Below are positions 46,874-55,255 of a DNA stretch of 55,255 bases, one piece after another. The DNA is from Thermoanaerobaculia bacterium (lineage in GTDB: Bacteria; Acidobacteriota; Thermoanaerobaculia; Multivoradales; JAHEKO01), in contig JBFGNS010000006.1 of assembly GCA_041574955.1 (NCBI GenBank), positions 1 through 55,255 on the forward strand, written 5' to 3'. Numbering within the stretch: the stretch's first letter is position 1; every line of letters begins with the position of its first letter. Below the pieces are notes generated by a model that was not told the origin of the DNA, did no database searches, and saw only the letters and a program-made list of their open reading frames with translations. The position numbers were made by a program, and so were the translations under genes.

Positions 46874-47248
46874 ATCACAGCCAAGATCTTCGTCGGCAAT
46901 CTGAGCTACGACGTCACCCGCGACCGCCTGTCCCAGCTGATGGGCGAGGTGGGTAGCGTTCGCGACATCTACCTTCCCGTCGATCGTGCCACCGGCCGCC
47001 CGCGCGGCTTCGCCTTTGTCGAGTTCTCGCAGTCGGAAGAGGCCGAGCAGGCCATCGAGAAGTTCAACGACTTCGAGCTCGAAGGCCGCCGGCTGCGCGT
47101 CGACGTGGCGGAGGAGCGCCGCCGGCCGCGCCCCGCGGCGCCCTCGATGGACTTCGATGCGCCGGCGGGAGGGCCACGGTTCACCGCCAAGCCGTCTCGC
47201 CCGAAGGGCAGCCGCCGGGGCCTGCGCGGCAAGAAGCGCAGCCTGTAA
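46874..47248 (+). CDS. RRM (RNP-1) RNA-binding protein with probable ATC start codon
   Basis: RNP2 KIFVGNL and RNP1 RGFAFVEF; AAGGAG 6 nt before ATC 46874; in-frame TAG at 46856. Confidence 0.9.
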   Translation: MTAKIFVGNLSYDVTRDRLSQLMGEVGSVRDIYLPVDRATGRPRGFAFVEFSQSEEAEQAIEKFNDFELEGRRLRVDVAEERRRPRPAAPSMDFDAPAGGPRFTAKPSRPKGSRRGLRGKKRSL

Positions 47249-47315
47249 CCGCGCCTCCGCCCACGGATCCAGCGGGCGCCGGTCCCGATCGTTTAGCCGG
47301 CGAGGGTCGTCTCGG

Positions 47316-47332
47316 GTGACAGGTTTTGTCAC
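47316..47332. promoter_or_regulatory. Palindrome GTGACA-N5-TGTCAC, candidate enhancer (UAS) for a sigma-54 activator
   Basis: Dyad about 75-90 nt upstream of the -24 element. Confidence 0.5.
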
Positions 47333-47405
47333 TCCAACGGCCGATAGAGGCCTTTCGATCAGTCCTAAACCCCTGATCGAAAAGGGTTTGGGCGCATTGC
47401 GCCAG

Positions 47406-47421
47406 TGGCACCCGTCTTGCT
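47406..47421 (+). promoter_or_regulatory. Sigma-54 (-24/-12) promoter
   Basis: TGGCAC-ccgtc-TTGCT matches TGGCAC-N5-TTGCW, 28 nt before ATG 47450. Confidence 0.8.
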
Positions 47422-47449
47422 CGCATGGAGTTTGCGTTTGGAGGCGACC

Positions 47450-48034
47450 ATGCGAAACCGAATCGACATTCGATACCGCCGCGAGCGGTCGCGCAGGCTG
47501 TCCGTGGCGGCCGAGGCTCTCGGGCGCGGCGCGCCGGCGCGACAGGCCCTGCTGGCGACCGCCTTGCTGACGGCCCTGGCGCTGGCCTTGGCGGCTCCGG
47601 CAGGCGCCGCTTCCGGCGTCACCACCGCCAACTCGGTGGCCTGGGCGGTCAGCCAGGTCAACGCCTCGACGACCAGTCAGGTCTGGCAGGGCGTGCCCGA
47701 GATGACCGTCAACGTGACCCTCAAGAAGACCGCCGACCTGATCATCGACTACTGTTCCGAGGCCATCACCGATCCCGGCGAGATCCAGCTGGTGAGGGTC
47801 GCGGTCGGTGCCGGCAGCTTCGCCTCACCGGACGGTGCCGGCGGCGGCGGCGTGATCTACGCCTACGACAACTCGAGCTACCTCAACGACGTCCAGTGCA
47901 TGACCTGGGTCTATCAGGGCCTCGCCCCGGGCACTCACCCGGTGTCGGTCGAGTGGCGGTCGTGGAACGGCGCCCGGGTCTACACCGCCTGGCGGTCGAT
48001 GAAAGTGCTGTTCGACAGCAACGCCAAGCCGTAG
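47450..48034 (+). CDS. Secreted hypothetical protein (beta-rich, two Cys)
   Basis: GGAGG RBS before ATG 47450; long basic n-region then hydrophobic h-region ending AGA-A. Confidence 0.7.
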   Translation: MRNRIDIRYRRERSRRLSVAAEALGRGAPARQALLATALLTALALALAAPAGAASGVTTANSVAWAVSQVNASTTSQVWQGVPEMTVNVTLKKTADLIIDYCSEAITDPGEIQLVRVAVGAGSFASPDGAGGGGVIYAYDNSSYLNDVQCMTWVYQGLAPGTHPVSVEWRSWNGARVYTAWRSMKVLFDSNAKP

Positions 48035-48098
48035 CGCCGGGCGGCAGCGCGCGCCGGAGCGCGGCATCTGAGACACTAGACGTCCGGAGGCCGCCGCC

Positions 48099-48470
48099 AT
48101 GCCCGACCCGCTCTCGACCCTGCCTTTCGATCTGTTCTGGGGCTGGCTGCTGCGCCACCCCAACTGCATCCTGCGCGCCGGCACTCCCGAGGCGGTGCTG
48201 TACGACGACGAGGACCTGCACTGGCACTTCGCCGTCGACGGCGCGGTCTACTTCGTCCAGGTCATCCGCGGCAAGCGGCTGATGGGCGAGATCGCGCTGG
48301 AGACCGAGCGCATTGCCTACGTGCAGGCGCTGGGAGAGGAGCAGGAGGGCGAGTTCCTGTTCGAGCTGGTCAGCGAAAGCGAGACCGAGCGGGTGGCGGC
48401 TTTCTTCTTCGTCCTGTCGCACGCCTACGACGAGGGTGAGTCGAGCGGCCCGGAGCACGCCGTCCACTAG
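48099..48470 (+). CDS. Hypothetical acidic cytoplasmic protein
   Basis: GGAGG RBS; FW.WL..HPNCILRAGTP motif. Confidence 0.7.
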   Translation: MPDPLSTLPFDLFWGWLLRHPNCILRAGTPEAVLYDDEDLHWHFAVDGAVYFVQVIRGKRLMGEIALETERIAYVQALGEEQEGEFLFELVSESETERVAAFFFVLSHAYDEGESSGPEHAVH

Positions 48471-48497
48471 CCGTGGCGCGGCGCCTCGTGCCGCCGG

Positions 48498-48537
48498 AAA
48501 GAAAAAGTCCCGTGCCGGGGAGGGAACCGGCACGGGA
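48498..48537 (-). terminator. Intrinsic terminator on minus strand
   Basis: tcccgtgccgg/ccggcacggga stem (48508-48537) followed on minus strand by CTTTTTCTTT. Confidence 0.75.
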
Positions 48538-48612
48538 GGAGGAGAGGGAGCTTAAGGAGACAGCGGGGTGGTAGCCCCGATGGCGGGTCAGCTCCCGGTG
48601 CCCGCCTCAGAG
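48498..48612 (-). ncRNA. Candidate small regulatory RNA (~115 nt) with CU-rich anti-SD tracts
   Basis: Two hairpins, single-stranded CUCCUU/CUCCCUCUCCUCC tract, terminal 11-bp stem plus U-run; ECF-like promoter upstream. Confidence 0.55.
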
Positions 48613-48618
48613 GTTAAT

Positions 48619-48645
48619 AACGTTGCGGACAGCCTTGCGGATTCC
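48619..48645 (-). promoter_or_regulatory. ECF-sigma-like promoter GGAAT-N18-CGTT
   Basis: Reverse complement reads GGAAT ccgcaaggctgtccgcaa CGTT, pointing into the candidate sRNA. Confidence 0.45.
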
Positions 48646-48686
48646 CGGTCGGGGAAAAAAGGTCCCCGGCCTGTAGCATCGGGCGC

Positions 48687-49661
48687 GTGAGGGTCTTCGT
48701 CACCGGCGGCACCGGCTACATCGGTCTCGCCCTGTGCCGCGCGCTCGCCGCGCGTGGCGACGAAGTGGCGGCGCTGGTGCGGCCGACCAGCCGAACCGCC
48801 CCCCTCGCCGAGCTGGGGGCGGGGCTTTTTGTCGGCGACATCACCGACCGCTACTCGATGCGCGAGGCGATGTCCGGCGCCGACTGGGTGGTGCACGCCG
48901 CCGCCGAGCTCGACTTCGGTGCGCCGACCGGCCGGATCCGGGCGGCCAACGTGGACGGCTCCCGCAACGTCGCCTCGCTGGCCTGGAAGCTGGGAGTGGG
49001 CCGGGTGCTGGCGGTGTCTTCGATCGCCCGCTTCGGCGGCAGCCCGGCGGACGGCCGGCCGGGCGACGAGGAGTCGCCGCTGCTGCCGCCGCCGAGCCGC
49101 TACTCGGCCACCAAGCGCGCCGGCGAGCTGGCGATGCGCGAGGTGGCCGAGCGCGAGGGGCTGAAGCTGAACGTGGTCTACCCGAGCCTGGTGTACGGCG
49201 CTCCCGGCAGGAAGGGCGGCGCCAACCTGATCCTGAGGGCGGTGCTCGAACGCCGCTGGCCGGCGGTGGTGGGAGCCCGCCGGCGTATGAGCTGGATCCA
49301 CCTGGACGACCTGGTGACGGCGATGCTCGCCATCCTCGATGGCGCGCCGCCGGCTCGCGATTACCTACTGGCGGGAGACGCCGCCCCGCTGGGCGAGGTG
49401 CTCGAGCAGGTGGCGCGGCTCGGCGGCGTGGCGCCGCCGCGGCTGCGGCTGCCGCTGCCCGTCGGCCTCGCCCTGGCCGCGGTCACCTCTCCCTTCTACC
49501 GCCGCCGCGGCCGGCGGCCGCCGCTCAACGCCGACCAGCTCCGCAGCCTGGCCCGCAGCTGGGAGTTCGACGATGCGCGGGCGCGGCGCGAGCTGGATTG
49601 GAAGCCGCGTACCCTCGCCGAAGGGCTGCCGCCCACCGTCGACTACCTGCGCCGCTCGTGA
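48687..49661 (+). CDS. NAD-dependent epimerase/dehydratase (extended SDR, HpnA-like)
   Basis: TGGTGYIG, HAAA, YSATK catalytic motif. Confidence 0.9.
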   Translation: MRVFVTGGTGYIGLALCRALAARGDEVAALVRPTSRTAPLAELGAGLFVGDITDRYSMREAMSGADWVVHAAAELDFGAPTGRIRAANVDGSRNVASLAWKLGVGRVLAVSSIARFGGSPADGRPGDEESPLLPPPSRYSATKRAGELAMREVAEREGLKLNVVYPSLVYGAPGRKGGANLILRAVLERRWPAVVGARRRMSWIHLDDLVTAMLAILDGAPPARDYLLAGDAAPLGEVLEQVARLGGVAPPRLRLPLPVGLALAAVTSPFYRRRGRRPPLNADQLRSLARSWEFDDARARRELDWKPRTLAEGLPPTVDYLRRS

Positions 49662-49823
49662 GGCCGCCGGCCGCTCGCCGGCCCGCCGCCGGTGGCCCGG
49701 TTCGATTGCGTGGCTCGAAGCGCGGGGGTTAAGATGAACCCCGGTTCGAGTTCGCCCCGGCGAAGTTCACAAGTACGATCGGAGGCACATCTTGGGCGCG
49801 TCCGGCGCGTCGCGGAGGGAGTC

Positions 49824-51098
<1,275 letters not shown>

Positions 51099-51146
51099 CC
51101 TGGCTTCTCGCCAGGGGGTCGAGATCAGGCTGGAGCCGGTGGGAGC

Positions 51147-51485
51147 CTAGGGGTGGCGCGACAGCTTGTCGCGCAGCCATTCGCGGAAGCTCTCGAGCCG
51201 CTGCCAGACGCCGGGCCAGCGGTGTAGCAGACGGCGCAGCAGGCGGTAGACCGTCTCGCTGGCGACCGACAGGATGGCGGCCCCGACCAGGATCGTCAGG
51301 ATCCCCTGGATGCCGGGCAGCGCCAGCCCGGCGACGCCCACCAGCAGCACCACCCAGCCGGCCGCCAGCAGCAACAGCCGGATCAGCAGCGACGGCGGCC
51401 GCCGGCGCCGGGGTCCGGTGCCCGCGTTCGAACCGGCCGCGGCCCGGCTCTCGACTTCCGGCTCGGTTGGTGGCGGGGTAGCCAT
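51147..51485 (-). CDS. Small membrane protein, PGPGW-domain-like
   Basis: GWVVLLVGVAGLALPGIQGILTILVG hairpin. Confidence 0.7.
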   Translation of the reverse strand: MATPPPTEPEVESRAAAGSNAGTGPRRRRPPSLLIRLLLLAAGWVVLLVGVAGLALPGIQGILTILVGAAILSVASETVYRLLRRLLHRWPGVWQRLESFREWLRDKLSRHP

Positions 51486-51575
51486 GCGCTGGGGCCGGGG
51501 CGGAACGGTATCACAGGCGCTCCGGCGCGAGGCTGCCGGGCGGCCGCGGCGGTTTCGACCCACCCCAAAGGGTTG

Positions 51576-51605
51576 TTGACATATAGGACCGGAGCGGTCC
51601 AGAAT
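51576..51605 (+). promoter_or_regulatory. Sigma-70-like promoter of fur operon
   Basis: TTGACA-N18-CAGAAT in an AT-rich patch. Confidence 0.5.
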
Positions 51606-51615
51606 AGTTCTTCCT

Positions 51616-51636
51616 TATTGAGACATTGTCTCAATA
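51616..51636. promoter_or_regulatory. Fur-box-like operator, perfect 10-1-10 palindrome
   Basis: TATTGAGACA-T-TGTCTCAATA, 6 nt upstream of fur ATG. Confidence 0.85.
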
Positions 51637-51642
51637 GCCTTC

Positions 51643-52125
51643 ATGACGACCCCGGAGCTCGAGATCTTTCGCGCCTTCCTGAAGGCCAGCGGCCGCCGGA
51701 TTACCGGCGAGCGGCTGGCGGTCTTCGAGGAGATCTTCGCCCAGCACGGGCACCTGGATGCCGAGACGCTCTACCGCTCGATGCGGGCGCGGGGGCTGGG
51801 CATCGGCCGCGCCACGGTCTACCGCAACCTCGAGCTGCTGGTCGAGTGTGGGCTTGTGCGCAAGTACCGGCTGGGGCGTCGCCGCTACCTGTACGAGCAC
51901 CTGCATCCGGGTCAGCAGCACGACCACCTGGTGTGCACGGCCTGCGGCCGGGTGGCCGAGTTCATCAGCCCGGGCATCCGCGCGCTGCAGCGCGAGATCT
52001 GCAAGGCCCACGGGTTCGTCGCCGACGAGCACACCCTGCAGATCTCGGGGCTGTGCCGCGACTGCGCGCCGCACAGGCCGCCGGCGCCGGCGGCCGAGGC
52101 GGGGGAGGCGGCCGGTGCGGCGTAG
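51643..52125 (+). CDS. fur: Fur family transcriptional regulator
   Basis: RITGER, ATVYRNL, HDHLVCTACG, C-terminal CRDC; heads iron-uptake genes. Confidence 0.9.
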   Translation: MTTPELEIFRAFLKASGRRITGERLAVFEEIFAQHGHLDAETLYRSMRARGLGIGRATVYRNLELLVECGLVRKYRLGRRRYLYEHLHPGQQHDHLVCTACGRVAEFISPGIRALQREICKAHGFVADEHTLQISGLCRDCAPHRPPAPAAEAGEAAGAA

Positions 52126-54349
52126 CGCAGCCGTTGCGGTCGCCGCCCTGCTGGCGGCCGGCCCGCTGTGGGCCGCGACGGCGCCGGCCGACGGCGCCGA
52201 GAGCGACGCGGCGCCGGCCGACGGCGCCGGCGCGCAGCCGGCGCGGGTTTTCGACCGCGTGCTGGTGACCGGCGGCCCCGAACGCGTCGCCGACACGCCG
52301 GGCTCGGCGCACTACCTGACGGCCGAGCGGCTGGAAGAGCAGCAGTACAGCGACATCCACCGCCTGCTGCGCGAGATTCCGGGCATCAACGTGCAGGAAG
52401 AGGAAGGCTACGGCCTGCGCCCGAACATCGGCATGCGCGGCTCCGGCGTCGATCGCAGCAGCAAGATCACCCTGCTCGAGGACGGCGTGCTCATCGCTCC
52501 CGCGCCCTACGCCGCTCCCGCCGCTTACTACTTCCCGACCACCGGGCGGATGGAGGCGGTCGAGGTGCGCAAGGGGTCGAGCGCCGTGCGCCAGGGTCCG
52601 TTCACCCTCGGGGGAGTGCTCAACCTGGTGTCGACGGCGATCCCCGCCGGCCGCGCCGGCCGTCTCAGCCTGTCGCTCGGCGACGACGGCAGCGGCCGGC
52701 TGCACGCCAACGCCGGTGGGTCGGGCGAGCGTTTTGGCTGGCTGCTCGAGACCTACCAGCTCGAAGGCGACGGCTTCAAGCGGCTCGACGGCGGCGGTGC
52801 TACCGGCGTCGAGCTGGCCGACTACCTGGCCAAGCTGCGCTGGAGCGGGGCGTCCGGCGGCCGTTGGCAGCAGACCGCGGAGCTCAAGCTGGGCCACACC
52901 GATCAGCTGGCCAACGAGACCTACCTCGGCCTCACCCTGGACGACTTCCGGCGCACGCCGCTGCGGCGCTACGCCGCCTCGGCCGCCGACTACCTGGACA
53001 GCGAGCACGATCAGCTCCAGCTGCGCTACCTGGTGCAGGCCAGCCGCCGGGTGGACGTGACGGCGACCCTCTACCGCAACCGGTTCGCGCGCAACTGGCA
53101 CAAGCTGCAGTCGGTGGAGGGCGTCGGGCTGAGCTCGGTGCTGGCCGAGCCCGGGCGGTTCCCCGACGAGCTGGCGGCGCTGCGCGGCGAGCGCGACCTC
53201 GCCGGCGGCGGGCTGGCGGTGCGCAACAACCGGCGCGACTACCTGTCGCGCGGTTTCGAGGCGGTGGTCGGCTTCGCCGCCGGCGACCGCATCGCGCACC
53301 GCCTGGAGCTCGGCCTGCGGCTGCACGAGGACGAGGAGGACCGCTTCCAGGAAGAGGACCAGTGGAACATCACCGGCGGGCGGATGAGCCTGCTCGAGCC
53401 GGGACGTCCGGGCAGCCAGGCCAACCGGGTGACCGGCGCCCGCGTGCGGGCGGTGTATCTGCAGGACGAGATCCGAGCCGGCCGCTGGAGCCTCGCGCCG
53501 GGCGTGCGCTACGAGCGCATCGAGTTCGAGCGCCTGGACTTCGCCGCCTCCGATCCCGACCGCCGGAGCCAGCCACGTGCGGTGCGCAACTCGGTCGACG
53601 TGCTCATACCGGGAGTCGGCCTGACCTACCGGCTGGGCCGGGGGTGGCAGCTGCTGGCCGGCGCCTACAAGGGCTTCGCGCCGCCCGGCGCCGGCCGCGA
53701 CGGCGCGACGCGCGCCGAGGAGAGCTTCAACCTCGAAGCCGGTTTCCGTTACCGCGGTCGGCAGCTGCGCGCCGAGCTGGTGGCGTTCCACAACGACTAC
53801 GACAACCTGCTCGGGCGCGACACCCTGTCGGCGGGCGGCAGCGGCTCGGGCGAGCTGTTCAACGGTGGCGCGGTCCTGGTGCAGGGGCTCGAGGCGTCGC
53901 TCGAGCGCACCTGGCGCGTCGGCCAGGCGGTGGTGCCGGTTCGGCTCACCTACACGCAGACCGAGGGCGAGTTCCTGACCTCGTTCAGCTCGCAGTTCGC
54001 CGACTGGGGTCCGCGGGTGACCGCCGGCGATCGGCTGCCCTACCTGCCCGCGCACCAGCTGCTGCTGTCCGGCGGCCTGAGCCGGGGAGCGTGGGGTGCT
54101 CATCTGAGCCTGAGCTACGCCAGCGCGATGCGCACCGAGCCCGGCCGAGGACCGCTGGTGGAAGCCAGCTCGACCGGCGAGCACGCGCTGGTCGACCTGT
54201 CGCTCGAGCGACGGCTTGGCGCCGACTGGCGGCTGTTCGCGCGCGTGCGCAACCTGGCCGACGAGACCTATGTGGTCGCGCTGCGGCCGGCGGGCGCCCG
54301 CCCGGGCCTGCCGCGAACCGTGATGGTGGGGGCGACGTGGCGTTTCTGA
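52115..54349 (+). CDS. TonB-dependent receptor, FecA-like
   Basis: GTG 52115 after GGAGG; signal peptide; EEEGYGLRPNIG.RG, EDGVLIAPAPY, VEVRKG, C-terminal Phe. Confidence 0.92.
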   Translation: MRRSAAVAVAALLAAGPLWAATAPADGAESDAAPADGAGAQPARVFDRVLVTGGPERVADTPGSAHYLTAERLEEQQYSDIHRLLREIPGINVQEEEGYGLRPNIGMRGSGVDRSSKITLLEDGVLIAPAPYAAPAAYYFPTTGRMEAVEVRKGSSAVRQGPFTLGGVLNLVSTAIPAGRAGRLSLSLGDDGSGRLHANAGGSGERFGWLLETYQLEGDGFKRLDGGGATGVELADYLAKLRWSGASGGRWQQTAELKLGHTDQLANETYLGLTLDDFRRTPLRRYAASAADYLDSEHDQLQLRYLVQASRRVDVTATLYRNRFARNWHKLQSVEGVGLSSVLAEPGRFPDELAALRGERDLAGGGLAVRNNRRDYLSRGFEAVVGFAAGDRIAHRLELGLRLHEDEEDRFQEEDQWNITGGRMSLLEPGRPGSQANRVTGARVRAVYLQDEIRAGRWSLAPGVRYERIEFERLDFAASDPDRRSQPRAVRNSVDVLIPGVGLTYRLGRGWQLLAGAYKGFAPPGAGRDGATRAEESFNLEAGFRYRGRQLRAELVAFHNDYDNLLGRDTLSAGGSGSGELFNGGAVLVQGLEASLERTWRVGQAVVPVRLTYTQTEGEFLTSFSSQFADWGPRVTAGDRLPYLPAHQLLLSGGLSRGAWGAHLSLSYASAMRTEPGRGPLVEASSTGEHALVDLSLERRLGADWRLFARVRNLADETYVVALRPAGARPGLPRTVMVGATWRF

Positions 54350-55255
54350 GCCGATCGGCGGCGGTCGCTCTGGCGCTGGTCGCGCTGGCCGGCTGCGGCG
54401 ACGGGGCGGGCGCGCCGCCGGCGGCCGACGCGCCAGCGGAGGCGTCGCGCCTGGTGGTCTACTCGGGCCGCAACGAGTCGCTCGTCGGGCCGCTGTTCGA
54501 GCGGCTCGAGCAGCGGCTCGGCATCGAGATCCGGGTGCGCTACGGCGGCACCGCCGAGCTGGCGGCGACGCTGATGGAGGAGGGTGAGGCGACCCCGGCC
54601 GATCTGTTCCTGTCGCAGGATGCGGGCGCTCTCGGGGCGCTGTCGGAGGCCGGGATGCTGGCGCCGCTGCCGGCCGAGCTGCTGGCTCGCGTGCCGCCCG
54701 AGCTCCGCTCGCCGGCCGGCGACTGGATCGGCCTGTCGGGACGGGTGCGTTGCGTGGTCTACAACACCACGGCGGTGCGCCCGGCCGATCTGCCGCAGGC
54801 GCTCGAGGAGGTCACCGCGCCGCGCTACCGCGGCCGCTTCGGCATCGCGCCCACCAACGCCTCGTTCCAGGCCCACATGGCGGTCCACCGGGCGGTGGCC
54901 GGTGCGGCGGCCAACGACCGACTGCTGGCCGGGCTGGCGGCCAACGAGCCGGCCCGCTACCCCAAGAACAGCGCCATCGTCGAGGCGGTGATCGCCGGCG
55001 AGATCGACTGGGGTCTGGTCATCCCCTACGATCTGCAGCGCGCCCTGAGCGAGGTGCCCGACGCGCCGGCGGCCAACTTCTTCATGCCGAGCGGCGAGGT
55101 GTCGAGCTTCGTCACCCTGGCGGGCGTCGCGGTGGTGTCGCCGTCGCCGGCCGCCACCGCGCTGGTCGGCGAGCTGCTGAGCGAGGCATCGCAGGCCTAC
55201 TTCGCCGAAGAGACCTTCGAGTACCCGCTGGTGGCCGGCGTGCCGGCGGCCGCCA
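54337..55255 (+). CDS. Fe(III) ABC transporter substrate-binding lipoprotein (FutA/AfuA-like); 3'-truncated by window edge
   Basis: Not in ORF track (no stop). Reads VAFLSR...LAGC, LVVYSGRNESLVGP, PADLFLSQDAG, APTNASFQ, TFEYP. Confidence 0.88.
   Translation, partial: MAFLSRSAAVALALVALAGCGDGAGAPPAADAPAEASRLVVYSGRNESLVGPLFERLEQRLGIEIRVRYGGTAELAATLMEEGEATPADLFLSQDAGALGALSEAGMLAPLPAELLARVPPELRSPAGDWIGLSGRVRCVVYNTTAVRPADLPQALEEVTAPRYRGRFGIAPTNASFQAHMAVHRAVAGAAANDRLLAGLAANEPARYPKNSAIVEAVIAGEIDWGLVIPYDLQRALSEVPDAPAANFFMPSGEVSSFVTLAGVAVVSPSPAATALVGELLSEASQAYFAEETFEYPLVAGVPAAA

Noticed and set aside
46622-47332. N-terminal extension of the kinase ORF
   Set aside because: Antisense to the RRM gene and its leader; the kinase domain begins just after ATG 46621
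49735-49765. GGTTCGAGT resembling a tRNA T-loop
   Set aside because: No pairing T-stem, cloverleaf or CCA end

Overview
A 55-kb, very GC-rich, gene-dense bacterial chromosomal segment with about 48 CDSs. I saw no rRNA, tRNA, CRISPR array, prophage, integrase or transposase. A TonB receptor, lipoproteins, a Hanks kinase-TPR protein, TIGR02266-type PilZ and an RRM protein suggest a diderm such as Acidobacteriota or Myxococcota; this is inference only. Recognisable genes: prolyl oligopeptidase (partial), DJ-1/PfpI, dCMP deaminase, queF, MATE, CNT nucleoside transporter, DHH phosphoesterase, two-domain cyclase, yaaA, SSS transporter with small partner, stomatin, SLC12-type cation-chloride cotransporter, mgtE, PilZ/coiled-coil protein, GGDEF-EAL, cytochrome c, SLT-LysM, orphan lasso B2 peptidase, ABC exporter, secA2, NagX-like and GH20 genes, Ser/Thr kinase, gltA and a fur-TBDR-Fe(III)-binding-protein operon. 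Most notable signals: (1) an RRM gene that apparently must initiate at ATC; (2) a candidate ~115-nt minus-strand sRNA with anti-Shine-Dalgarno tracts, a terminator and an ECF-like promoter; (3) a SecA paralog with an apparent C-terminal membrane anchor; (4) two uncharacterised secreted proteins coupled to an orphan lasso-type peptidase; (5) a complete sigma-54 promoter architecture before an unknown secreted protein; (6) recurrent leaderless promoters; (7) a perfect 21-bp operator before fur. Many start codons were re-assigned relative to the supplied ORF track. All protein family calls are by motif recognition, not database search.
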